This document shows, piece by piece, positions 51,995 to 63,115 of a stretch of 64,000 bases of DNA. The DNA is from Macrostomum lignano (Eukaryota): the NCBI GenBank assembly GCA_002269645.1, contig NIVC01000958.1, positions 124,001 through 188,000 on the forward strand, read 5' to 3'. The notes below the pieces were generated by a model, which was given only the letters and a program-made list of their open reading frames with translations, did not search any database and was not told the DNA's origin. How positions within the stretch are numbered: position 1 is the stretch's first letter; every line of letters begins with the position of its first letter. The position numbers and the translations under genes were made by a program.

Positions 51995-54900
51995 CTAAAC
52001 CCAACTTCCACCTCCTAAGCCTAATCTCCAATGCCCGAACGGTAGACTGTTGATATTGTCATCAAAAATGAATCGCTTGTTATCTGCACCTGACAGTCCA
52101 ATCTTCTTTTGCTGAATTGTGTGAATAATATGGTTTTTAGATTGTAGCTTTGAGAACTCATGTGATGTCTTTTTGTTGCAATTCAAGGCGTCTCTGTATT
52201 CAGTTTCATTAATTTCCTTTCTAACCAGACGTTTCGGAATTACCTTTGATTTTTTGACTGGGTCTGACGACTCACATTTTACAAAATAGGACTTTGCTCT
52301 CAACCCAATGAATTCAGTGATTATGTCACCAGCAATCTCGTCCTTCATTTTCCCAATCACTTTCTTGTTAGTGGCGTCAAACACTTGATCGCCATTCTGT
52401 GTCTTGCAAGATTCATCATACTCAGACAAGTCAAACAAATCTTTTTGCTGCAGCATGTCCTGATAAATGTCTCCTGTTTGAATGTCCATAATAAAACTGT
52501 CTGTGTCAGTGTACAAGAGTTTCATTTTATCCTTGTACTGCTGCTTCATGCCATAGTAGAACTGGTACATCAGACGTTTTGATTCATCGAGAACAGTGAC
52601 ACCTGTATAGATCGGCTTGCGCAGCGTCACCTTGGTTTTGTAAAATATGATCACACCTAAGTAGCTATTAAAGATATGGAGTTCTTTGAATGTTGGCTTT
52701 GACATATTTGCCTGAATAACAGCAGGCTCTGATGAGGTAACAAGTTTCAGGTTTGTTCTTTTCCGCTCATTCTCAAGAGTCTTACCATAGACAGAGTTGT
52801 TGGCCAACTTAAAGAGGTTCTTGTCAAAGTTGTTGGTTGCTTTGGTCCTAAACTGGGTGTTCTTATCAATGTAGGGTTTCATCCAAGCTTCCTCTGTAAA
52901 TGTAAGAGCCCTGTGAACTTTGGTGACCCTGCAACCAAGTGAGATAAAATACTGAAGCAGTTTGTAATGGATTTTGTAACGTGTCTTGTTGTTTAGATTC
53001 TGTGTTAGTTTCTCTGTATGTTTTTTTTCTGTTCCTGACAGGTGCCAAGTTCCATAGGGAGTTTCGATTATTTTCGGGCACTTGATGTTCTCTGGGAAGG
53101 GTGGAAAGTCAGAGAAATAGTCGTGAAGCTCTGGTGGAATGTAAACATCAACCTCATAAATGGCAGCCAATGAAAAATCCCACTTTAGTTCTGATGAGGG
53201 TAGCCATCGAAAATCTCTAACTGGAAGATCTTGACTCATCGCCCACCCGTAGAGATTATTAGCGTCCAAGTAAGTAATGTAGTTTGAGGGCTGCTCCTTA
53301 TTGTAAGATCCAATGTAGGGATTGTTTGCTTTTGCATACCTGTTAACGCAAATTGAGATTCCCCCTCGCTTTGACGATTCGACAAAATTGTACATGTCAA
53401 TGTCTGTAAGAAGTTCAATGTACCAATCTGGATCTTGATCCCATTTCATTTTAAGCAAAGATTCCCAGCTAGTGGCAGGCAGAGACACATAATGTGCTGG
53501 ATCGAGGCCATATGCTGTGTACCAGGTGTATCTGAAGGTTTCAAACACATCAGCCAGCAGAAACACATCTGTGAAGAGGTAAAGCAGGTGATACTGGAAG
53601 AAGTTTTGACAATTAAAGTAATTATAGACATGCTTCGCGTGCTCATAGTCTTTGTCAGAGATTCCAGAGTCTGTTAGCTTTGAAAAGAACTTCTCCTGTG
53701 GTGGTAAACCTTCTTCAAATACGTGATACCCAGTAATATTTTCATAGGGGTAGAAGCCTTTCTTTCTTAAAAGTTTAAATGATTCATCAGTGTTAATTTT
53801 ACTTGCAAACATCTTTGTATATGTACATTGCTCATCTTTTAGATTCTTGCTTAGTTCGTCTAGACTGGCAGCTAGAAATTGATATGAATCCTTCAGTCTT
53901 ATTTTACCTGTACCCGAATTATCCTGTTTAATATCAACACACTTAAACTTCTCCTTGTTCTCTGCGATGCAGTCAAGGTGTATGTCTGGAATCATGCCGA
54001 TTTTTTCAACTATTAAATGCATGTCATAGTTCTTTGCGTTGTGACAAAATATTGTTAGATCATGAATGTTCGATTTTAGCTTTAGATTACAGGTGTTATG
54101 CGCTGCACCTCTAAATTTCCCAGTATAGTGGCAGTGGTCCCTAACGGTGGGGTTTTTAATATCAGTGCAAGTTAACTGTTTCCTGCAGATGTGGCAATGA
54201 GTTGCTGATAGGAAATTGCTTTCATCCTCCTCAGACATACTTATTGGAACAGGTTAAAGGGTGCTAATCAATTTTTGCAACTCTAACATTCTGGCAATAA
54301 ACTGCTCCACACACTGCTCTCCAAAGAAATAATTATACTCAACAAGTCCTTTTGTATTAATAAAGGCATATGCTACTGAATTGGGGATATGTTTTTGAGT
54401 TGGAGTTTGTTTTTGTGTTTCCGGCATGATTGAGCATTCGAAATCAGCATATACAACAAATGGGAGCTTCTCCATCTTGTGATAGTTCTTAAAACGGAGA
54501 TACTTCTCTTCAGCTGAAGGAAGAGAGCAGTTTGTCGGGTGATCCTCGCATGATAATTCATGTTCTGTTAGCTTTTCAAAGCGTTCAGGTCCACTGTAAT
54601 GCTTAAGGCACAAGCGGCAGATGGCAACAGCCTCGTGATGATTATTCAACTGCTTGTGAATGAGTCTTGAAAGATCTTTAATCCAAACATAGTGAGCCTC
54701 CTCTAGTAAATTACCAATCACTAGAAGATCCACTTCAATCCGCCTTTTCCCCTCAGGATCTAAAACGTCTTTGCTACATCTGACCGGTTGAACTTTCTCA
54801 GTTTTTTCACTCCACTCAAAGACTGTGATTCTAATTTTGTTATTAAACACTTCTTCTAGCTTTGGGATCTGAGAGATCGCCAAGCCTGCTTTGTCAAACC

Positions 54901-55864
54901 TGATTCCCTTCTTTTCGCATTCGATAATATAGTAGTTGAAATAATTTTGATAATTTGAGGTTCTTTCGGGGTGGTGAGGGACACTATCATAAAGAAGTGC
55001 AGAAAGAACTGCCCATAGAGCACAGCAATTGTCTTTATTTTTAACATTTATGCAAGCTTTTTTACCGGCTAGCTTATGCGGGAGCTCTATATAAGAGGAG
55101 GCTTTAAGTGGGTCATATTTCATGACCATGACAGTCGCTCTTTGAATCCCTCCCACGACCCATCCGGAACCTCTGGATGTAAACGCTTCAATTTTCTTAT
55201 TGACATCTTGAAGGAAAGGATCCAGTGTGTCTGTTGGGGTGAATGGCTTTGCCTTTGTTGTCATGTAATACTCGAGATGCTCAGTGGGTTTCGCAGGCAT
55301 ATAAAACGCAATCTTGAATGATATCTGTAGTTTAAAGGTCTTGCGTGTTTTGAGTGTGTGATCAACAACTGATTGGATGCTGTCTTTATAGTCGTAGATG
55401 TTTGCGGTGGTATCCTTAATTGGGATTGTGTACTCTATGTAATGTTCTGTAAACTTCCTCTGTGCAAAATTAATCTCTTCAATGGCAAGCTCCGACTCTT
55501 TTAAATGGATTAATTGCTCTAATTTCTCTTGTTCCTGCTTATTTTGTGGGTACTTTGCTTTTTCACCAGTGAGAGTTTCGTATTTGTTAACTAAGTTGCG
55601 ACTCCTCTCTTGGTGTTCCTTTGCAGGATTTTTTATAGGCGCATACTGGTTGAATTCTAATTGATTGATGATTTCCAACTGTTTTTCATAGCTTCCCAGG
55701 TGACCAGGGTCGGTGTTGAACTTTTGTTTGCATGCTTCTCTTAGTGAATTACTTTTGTCTTGAAATGAGACGCCTTTTGAAAAATGTTTGTTGACTAAAT
55801 CTTTTGCTGGATTAGCTTTTGGCATTTTTTTCTCTAAAATAAAAAAATTTTTGAGGGTGACCAC
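51995..55864 (-). pseudogene. polB: Protein-primed family B DNA polymerase interrupted by one in-frame TAA (54254-54256)
   Basis: YADFEC (ExoI), HNAKNYD (ExoII), YLFTDV (ExoIII), YLDANNLYG, KLANNSVYGK, YTDTDS; His-Me finger CHIC...DHCHYTGKFRGAAHNTCN; both ORFs in the same frame (ISTL*PVPISMSEED). Confidence 0.93.
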
Positions 55865-55913
55865 CCTGATAGAAAAGTTAAACTGTTTCTACATCCTATA
55901 AGTAGTGTTAGGT

Positions 55914-56375
55914 TTATGAAGCTGGATAAAGTGGGGTTTTAAACCTAAACCCAGCATTGTGCAGTGTCATGATAGCTTTGACAATGTCAGACTTGCTTAC
56001 AGAATTTTCCTGCTCACAATCATCACGATCGAGGCAGCCCTCTCCTGCCTTAATTGTTATACCTTTGTCTCTTGCAATCTTTTGCAATTCCAGCTGGTGG
56101 GCTCTATCATTCCCAGCTTTAACAGCAGTTGCTACACCTCCAGCTACACCACCTGCGGCACTTACAGCGCCTGCAATGATCGGAATAAGAGCTGCTAATG
56201 GTAGGATTCCTCCTGACTTTTCATCTGTGATGCTGTGTCTTTGCTCATTACACTGAACTATTTGCTGCACGGGATCGATTTTTACTTTGGCACCTTTAAT
56301 TGATATAAGACCTGGTTTCTTTGATTCAATGATTCTTTTGAGTTTATTGATGGTTCTGGTTTCAATCTTTGTCAT
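55914..56375 (-). CDS. Adenovirus pX/mu-precursor-like protein
   Basis: KSGGILPLAALIPIIAGAV resembles adenovirus pX RGGILPLLIPLIAAAIGAV (from memory). Confidence 0.7.
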   Translation of the reverse strand: MTKIETRTINKLKRIIESKKPGLISIKGAKVKIDPVQQIVQCNEQRHSITDEKSGGILPLAALIPIIAGAVSAAGGVAGGVATAVKAGNDRAHQLELQKIARDKGITIKAGEGCLDRDDCEQENSVSKSDIVKAIMTLHNAGFRFKTPLYPAS

Positions 56376-56391
56376 TTTTTATTTTAATATT

Positions 56392-57408
56392 TTAATTAAT
56401 TTCTGTGTCAGCCGGTATCACTAGGAGTTCAGCTCTAGTGAATGACCGTGTGGGGGATTTAGGGTTAAAGGCCTGAGATAAAAAGTAATATTCTCCAGAG
56501 TCGGAGGTGAAATGTCTGTCTATTTTATGTACATCAAGGCTGAAGTATGGATCTGTAGCTCTTCTTTTGGTGTCTTTCTCTAGCTCTCCAGGTAGATATA
56601 AAAAGCGTAGAAACTCAGAGTTTGTCAGTATGTATGGTGATTCAACTCCTGGAAGCTTAGGGTAGTTCGAGGTGTGTTTTGTGTTGTGCTTGTTGTCTGT
56701 TCTATGAGATGACTTAAGTTCGACAGTGTCTTGTTTAATTGCATGGGATGGTTTCAATCCAGTCATGCGCGTGACTTCATTGTTCAGTTGTTCTATAACA
56801 GTGGGGAGGCGGTCTGTCCATTTTGAATAGTACTGACCACTTTTTAGTTTCAGCTCTTCAGCTGTCTGCTTAGTGAATAGCCTCTTGGCTAGAGTTAGAC
56901 TGAATCTTTCCACAAAAGCCTGGTCTCTGTGCAAGTTTGTTCTGCCATAGCGAATCTCTGTGTTTTTCTTTTCCATAAGGGATTTCACTGCACCCATGAA
57001 TTCCTTACCCGGGTCTGTCATAAGGGTTTGGGGGTGTGTGAGCGGAGAGTTTTTATAAATATCTTGCAGTGCGCTGGCAACAACCTCTGACTTCTTCGTC
57101 TTGAGTGGGCGAGCTTCCTTATATCTGGAAGCAATGTCTATTACTGTGAGAGCATACTTGTAGCCCGAGTCATTGGGGAGAAACAGAAGATCTGCTTGGT
57201 GCGCCTCATTAGGTTTATAAATACTGAAATGGGGCCTTTCAAATTTTACTGGTGGGAAATAGACTTGAAAGACAGCCTGCTTAGAGAGCCATTTTTCTAC
57301 TTTAGCTTTTGGTTCCTTACTTAGTTCTGCGAGTTTGGTGACTGCATTTTTTCCTACAAAGAATCCTTTGTCGCTGAAGTAGAGTTTTTTAAGTTTCTGA
57401 TCTGTCAT
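56392..57408 (-). CDS. Retroviral-type (rve, DDE) integrase
   Basis: HQADLLFL, YKYALTVIDIASRY, MTDPGKEF, QAFVERF. Confidence 0.92.
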   Translation of the reverse strand: MTDQKLKKLYFSDKGFFVGKNAVTKLAELSKEPKAKVEKWLSKQAVFQVYFPPVKFERPHFSIYKPNEAHQADLLFLPNDSGYKYALTVIDIASRYKEARPLKTKKSEVVASALQDIYKNSPLTHPQTLMTDPGKEFMGAVKSLMEKKNTEIRYGRTNLHRDQAFVERFSLTLAKRLFTKQTAEELKLKSGQYYSKWTDRLPTVIEQLNNEVTRMTGLKPSHAIKQDTVELKSSHRTDNKHNTKHTSNYPKLPGVESPYILTNSEFLRFLYLPGELEKDTKRRATDPYFSLDVHKIDRHFTSDSGEYYFLSQAFNPKSPTRSFTRAELLVIPADTEIN

Positions 57409-57439
57409 TTTTTTAAAAAAGAAAATTTAAAATAAAATA

Positions 57440-57889
57440 ATGCAACGCTGTGGTGGTAACTTAGATTCACATGGACTGATAGAAAAGCTTCCTCACCCAA
57501 ACAAAGGCTGGACCATTCCCGGGTACAAATATTGTGGGCCTTTGAATCCACTTGAAATACAGTTAGATAAAAACAATAATCCAAATCCTGGGCATGAGCC
57601 TGTGAATGAGCTAGACTCTGTCTGCATGTGGCACGACGTTAAGTATAGGGATTATCCTGAGGAGAAGAATCGCTGGGACAAAGAAATGCTTAGGAGACTA
57701 GACAATATAGGGGCTTCAAGCGGATTTCGTGAGTCGATCGCTCGGAAGCTAGTTAAAGCTGTTATTTTTAGTAAGACAAAACTGGGGTTGGGGGTCGGCG
57801 GCTGTTTGGGGGCGGGCTTTGCATTGCACGCACCAAGGAAAGAATTAGGAAGACTGCTGAAAGAGCTGGGGGTTGAGAGAGCAGAATGA
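57440..57889 (+). CDS. Parvovirus VP1u-type phospholipase A2 (PLA2X-like)
   Basis: Ca-binding loop PGYKYCGP, PVNELDSVCMWHDVKY (HDxxY), C-terminal KTKLGLG. Confidence 0.88.
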   Translation: MQRCGGNLDSHGLIEKLPHPNKGWTIPGYKYCGPLNPLEIQLDKNNNPNPGHEPVNELDSVCMWHDVKYRDYPEEKNRWDKEMLRRLDNIGASSGFRESIARKLVKAVIFSKTKLGLGVGGCLGAGFALHAPRKELGRLLKELGVERAE

Positions 57890-58167
57890 TTCAAGCAAGA
57901 AAATTCAGCTGGATTGGCGGCTGTTTTGGAGAAGAGAGAACCGGGAGGGGGATTTGCATTGCACACGCCAAATAGAGACTGCGTACATCGACAGTGCATT
58001 TCCCAGTATTTGAGGTGGTTTTCCGACAGTTTTCCGACAGTTTTCCGACAGTTTTTGTTGAGCAAAAAAAATCCGACAGTTTGTCGGATATTTGTCGCAA
58101 ACAAAAACTCATTATCTACTAATAGTAGTCCTAGCATATAGTACTCCTATTAGTACTCCTAATAGTA

Positions 58168-58227
58168 GTGGGTGTTGATTTCAACGATGAAGAGTTTGTA
58201 TTGACGTTAATCATTGAGAGAATGTAA
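58168..58227 (+). pseudogene. 60-bp inverted copy of the penton gene 3' end
   Basis: VGVDFNDEEFVLTLIIERM* vs MGVDFNGEEFVLTLIIERM* (40963-41022). Confidence 0.85.
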
Positions 58228-58231
58228 GAAA

Positions 58232-58471
58232 TCACAATTGCCTAATGATTTCTGCAAAGTTATAGTAGCTGTCATAATCTTTTACATAGGTTACTCCATA
58301 CTTATGAAACCAGTGTCTTTGGAGAGCTAGATTAATATTGGGGACATTGATATCAACGCCGGGCCAATATTTTCTCATGTACTCGCTGCATTCTAGTTTG
58401 CATCGGTATTTGGATTTGTAGTTAGGCTCGTGCGCTTTGTAATAAGAACCTGGAGAGACAACTGGAAACAT
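58232..58471 (-). CDS. Small (79 aa) Polinton ORF starting inside the right TIR
   Basis: AAAAATG start; diverged paralog at 39897 with the protein sequence conserved. Confidence 0.6.
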   Translation of the reverse strand: MFPVVSPGSYYKAHEPNYKSKYRCKLECSEYMRKYWPGVDINVPNINLALQRHWFHKYGVTYVKDYDSYYNFAEIIRQL

Positions 58472-59008
58472 TTTTATTAAAAATTTAGATTTTTTAAAGG
58501 GTAAGGACCCAGGGTTTGGGGATTTAAAGTCTTAGGGATGTGGTAGCACGTTGCGAATTGAATGTGGGGAGAAGAATGCAGATTATTTTCTGATTGTTTC
58601 TGGGTGGATGTTAGTGGATTATGTCAGTGTCAGTGAGCATAACAGGTGTTAGTGGACACTTGTTATGCTCTGATTCTGTCAGGGATAATATGGATGGATT
58701 TAATACGATTATGTTCGAAGTTTTCGGAGCAAGTGCGACCCCTCCCCTTTTTCAAGATTCTGTCGGGGATAATATGGATGGATTTAATGGGATTATGGAG
58801 GAGGTTTTGTGAGCAGGTGCGACCCCCCTTTTTTTCTGATTCTTTTGGGGATAATATGGATGGATTTAATGGGATTACGTTCAAAGTTTTTGGAGCAAGT
58901 GCGACCCCCCTTTTTTTCTGATTCTGTTGGGGATAATATAGATGGATTTAATGGGATTATGGAGGATGTGAAAAATTTTGTCCCAAAAGCCCCCTCATGC
59001 CTTCTACT
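58453..59008 (-). repeat. Polinton right TIR (~556 bp, four ~84-bp subrepeats)
   Basis: Reverse complement of 30417-30709 + 39676-39915. Confidence 0.95.
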
Positions 59009-60398
59009 AGAAAATATTGATTTCGATTAAAATAGCTTTTAATAAAGACGCAAGCTATTGTGTATTGTCTTCACGCTTTCTTGACGTGTGTCGGTTCGGT
59101 CTAGTATACTTTGCTGTGGGTTTTCTTTCCTCAGTTAGGACTGTTTTTTGTTAATCTGTTTTGTCAAAATTGTCTCACTATAAAGATCCTTCGACTGAAC
59201 AGCTGTATGAGCCACAAGAAAATGCTCATACGTTTAGGAATGGGGATAGGCTAGGGCACCTGCATGGTTGTGTCACCTGGTCGTGTCACCTGGCCAAGGC
59301 TTGACGGCAACGAGAGGACCCAATGTGAGCCTGGAGCAGGGGGACCGAAGTTAAGAGAGATTTAGTATCTTTGAAGGATTAGAGATTTAGTATATTTGGA
59401 TTAGGAGGAGGAGGCAAGCAGTCATGCCCATTCTCGCACGTGCACAGATGAGTACGCGGAACACACGCTCACACAGGGTGTACAGCAGCCCTGATTTCTC
59501 ATCGACAGGCATGTACGAGCTCGAGAACTCGCCGCGCACGGAATCCAGACTCAAAACTTTGGCAAGAGAGTCAGATATTTATCGTACGTGTACGTAGCAA
59601 ATTTCAATGTAGCAACGTTGAATATCGTAATGATGTTGAGGCAATTCCTTCAAGAAGACTCTTCTTTGTTTTTTAATTGTCACATATTATGACAATTTTG
59701 AAGTTTTTTTACTTCGTGTTTTCGACTTTCTGTTCCCTAATTTTTAGTCCTCAAAATACCAAAGACTGTATCTAACCATTCCACAAAGTCTTGCTTGTCC
59801 CCGATTATTCTAACCCCAAAGACCCATTACTATCTCCCGTAGGATAGGATTTATGGATAGGAACAGTTAGTCATATTTAGCTATACATGTAGGATTTATG
59901 GCAATAATACTCCCGTTGTACGCGTAAAATTTAATTTCAGCTTTCGTTGAAATGGAAATGATTCTAATCTCTGAGGGAAAATGTCCTGCTTGGCATCATT
60001 CGCCGGACCTTGCGATATTTTATGTAGGGTTTTATAAATTCGAAAGTGTAATACGACACAACCTGGGACAATTTAAGAATTAAAGCATATGATTTAGTGA
60101 CATGTGCGATTTGATAACATCAAAAATGCCATGTTGAAATGTGCCACTGAGCTGTCGAACTTGAGCTGAATGTGATGAAACTGCAGACAAATCTAAAATC
60201 CTATACCCATTTTGTACTAAAATTTCATTTAAAATCTGTTGGGACACCCGGCCCTTTGATCCATATTGCGAGCTATTTTGGATTGCAATCTCAAAGTCTT
60301 TGCCTATTGCTTAGCTAATTACTGGTAATCAATCACTTTAATAAATATGACCCCAGTCATTTGATTTAGCTCAATCAGATTTCGAATCGTGCTGAGCT

Positions 60399-61480
60399 TG
60401 TACCGTATTCTACCTCCCGCGAAAATCACAAAAATGGCTAATGTACTACTTGCATAGTAGTAAATTGAAGAGCATGTATAAAAGTATGCTTTGAACTATA
60501 CGTATATTCTGACTAACCAATAGGAAGAGAGAGACCTCGAGCATGCTAAATTTAGTAATCACCCAATCACGTGTAACCTGCACTTGTCAAACTTAAACCC
60601 CAGGAGAGATGCATCATTCAGCCGTACGCACGTGAACCAATCAAATGTAACTAAAAATAACTCGAATGCGAATAACCAATCATGCGTTTTTACACTAAAC
60701 CAATCGAGTAACTTCCTAACCTGCCATGTTTGACAGCAACCAATCCGTGACCTTTTTGACAGTTGAAGAGTTGGACTCACGTGACCTCATGTGGGTCATT
60801 TGCCTATAAATAAAAGTGGTCCGGAACGGACCCGGAACCAACAAGTTCTCCGAGAGAGAAAGCTCCGAAGAGGAAGCTGCAGCAGCCTTCCTGAAGCAAC
60901 TCGAGACTCGGTCGAGTTCTTGCGGTACGCCTTACTCATTTGCGCCTGTTGGTTGAGACGTCTCGCTCAAGTCTAGTGTGACTTAAGTCTAGTTGAATCT
61001 GTTGAGACTCTTGAGTCTGTTTAGACTCCACTGGTTGCAGTCTCGAGAGGGACTGCCCGTGATAGATCTTAGAAGACTATCAGTGGTCTCCGGAGCTATT
61101 TCTAGAGTGCGAAGAGGCACTGCTAGAAGGAGTAGGCTTATACCATACCGCAGTTTGGCGCAGGGATCCCCATTGTAATTGGAAGCTTCCCATTGGTCCG
61201 AACTACAGACGCCGGCCGGCACAAGACAAAGGAGAAACTCGGACCAGGACTTCAGAGACAAGTCGAACGACAGGCCTGATCGACAGATCTGTGACGAGAT
61301 CTACGCGAGATCTACAAGGACTCAAAAGAAGAGATCTACACATCCGGATTAAAGGTAATTGAATCTACACATCCGGATTAAATGTAATTGAATACCTTCA
61401 GTTGACTTACTGGGTTGCCTAGCTACGGAGCTAGAAGTGATTGTTCTTTGATTACCGAAAGTCTGGTAATAAGGAACACA
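60399..61480 (+). mobile_element. Second solo-LTR-like element of the 6708-7670 family
   Basis: Shared TTCTACCTCCCGC start, TATAAATA, GCTCCGAAGAGGAAGCT, TCGAGACTCGGTCGAGTT, and AAGGAACACA end; no TSD found. Confidence 0.65.
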
Positions 61481-62677
61481 TCAAACTTATTCAAGCTAAA
61501 AAACTGGCCGTTTCTACGTTTCTATGTATATTTTAATTGCTTACATGTAATTTTGTTCAGTTATATGCCGCCTGAGATGAGTTCTAACACTGCATATGCG
61601 GAAGTGAAACTAAGGTTCAAATAATGCAATACTCAATACACCAATGTTCTTACTATAAGCTTCCTAGTTGGCCGCAAACTAAGAACCTTACATATGATTA
61701 ATAGTAACTCAAACGAGGTAGAATATGCTTGGATGTTATTTACCGATCAACCATATAATTATATTTACTACTGTATTTTCAACGTTTGTATTAATAAGTA
61801 AATAAGCAAATAAGCGAGCTACAAGCAGGGAGAATAAGTCTGAGACACTACGGTATAACTAAGCTACTCAAATACTCCTATTAATCTATTATATATATAT
61901 ATATATAAATTACGCCTATCTACCTGGTCTGAGACCGATACGCTACACTATTCATAAATCTATAGTCATGGCAGTGCTCAGTCTTACCCTCCGGTCACAG
62001 GTGTCTGCAGAAGCGGTCGTCGTGATTTGCAAACTATTAAGCAATCCAAAAGTTAATACAAAGCGTGTAAAAGAGAGTGAAAGGAGAGTGAGAAAAGTAA
62101 AGTTTTTAGCATTTAACCCCTCGCTTATTTATAGTAAATTTCCCCGATGAAGTCCCTGTGAAACTGTCTGCGTTATCATTTCCCACGTCTTCCAGCCACC
62201 GCGCAATTCCGGCCGATTCTCACGGTTCCCCTTTCTCGTGCGATTTCTGAAATGTCTCTGTTAAAAATGTAATTGAACCCCGCCCCACATAAAGGCATAC
62301 AACCCCTCTAAAGTGGAAGCAGACTTTTAGGGCGGCCTGCACTCGCCCTTTGCAATGCCGTCATCAAGCACTTGTGGCTTTTTGTAAGAGTGCAGCTGTC
62401 CACAACTGCTACACTCCACCACGCTCTGATAACAATGCAATTCCCTAATTTCCTAAATCCTAAGTCCTATTCCTAATAGTTCCTACGATAGTCCCTAAAT
62501 ATCGGTTGATTACCATCCTTATACTTACCCGAAGAACATTGGGTGGAAGCCGGTATTTGAAAAGGAAACTTCGTTATCAACGCTACTCTACTTAGCACCA
62601 GAGTTCCAGAGGAAATCATTTAGAAAGGCCATGTTATTCCGCGCCTTAGACGTGGAATAACGTTATTCTGGAGGTCG

Positions 62678-63115
62678 ACCGGGAGGTCGACTGACTGCGT
62701 GCTGCATGCGATAGTCGAGAAAATTGAACGGACGTCATCTTTGAAGCGTTTTAGAGAGCTTTTCAAAATCACAAAGCTCATGCTACCCTCATACGGTTGT
62801 TCATGTACATAATCTCATGTGCATGTACACGGTCACAGCCCCCACTCCTTGGGCAAACTGCCTCCGACAGATCTGAAAAAGAGGACCCCAGGGCGGATTA
62901 CTCTCCCGGACGCTGTGGAGCCTGGGTATGGACGCTTTTCTGGGTGACCCCCGACCTGACCCCGTCTTCAAAGTTTGGTATGCTGACGTCGTCACTGCCA
63001 GTGGCAGGGCCGTCTGCCAGAACGCTCAGGGATCTGATGCAGAGCCTTATCCACAGATCAGAATTCTGGGCTAATAATAATGGGCGTCCGCGCCTTCCCA
63101 CTGTGTTCCCTCGGG
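62678..63115 (+). pseudogene. Internally deleted fragment of the same LINE family (RT region + 3' end)
   Basis: Matches ~10670-11135 and CGCGCCTTCCC.CTGTGT of the 3' UTR. Confidence 0.85.

Larger units (their letters stand above)
48778..52961. repeat. Second unit of the tandem duplication of 44032-48777
   Basis: Nearly identical apart from a 539-bp deletion, one fewer 21-bp unit and roughly a dozen substitutions. Confidence 0.95.
30417..59008. mobile_element. Complete Polinton/Maverick (adintovirus-like endogenous virus), with nested Gypsy and internal duplication
   Basis: TSD AGAAAA at 30411-30416 and 59009-59014; termini AGTAGAAGG...CCTTCTACT; TIRs; pPolB, integrase, ATPase, protease and two capsid genes. 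Confidence 0.96.
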
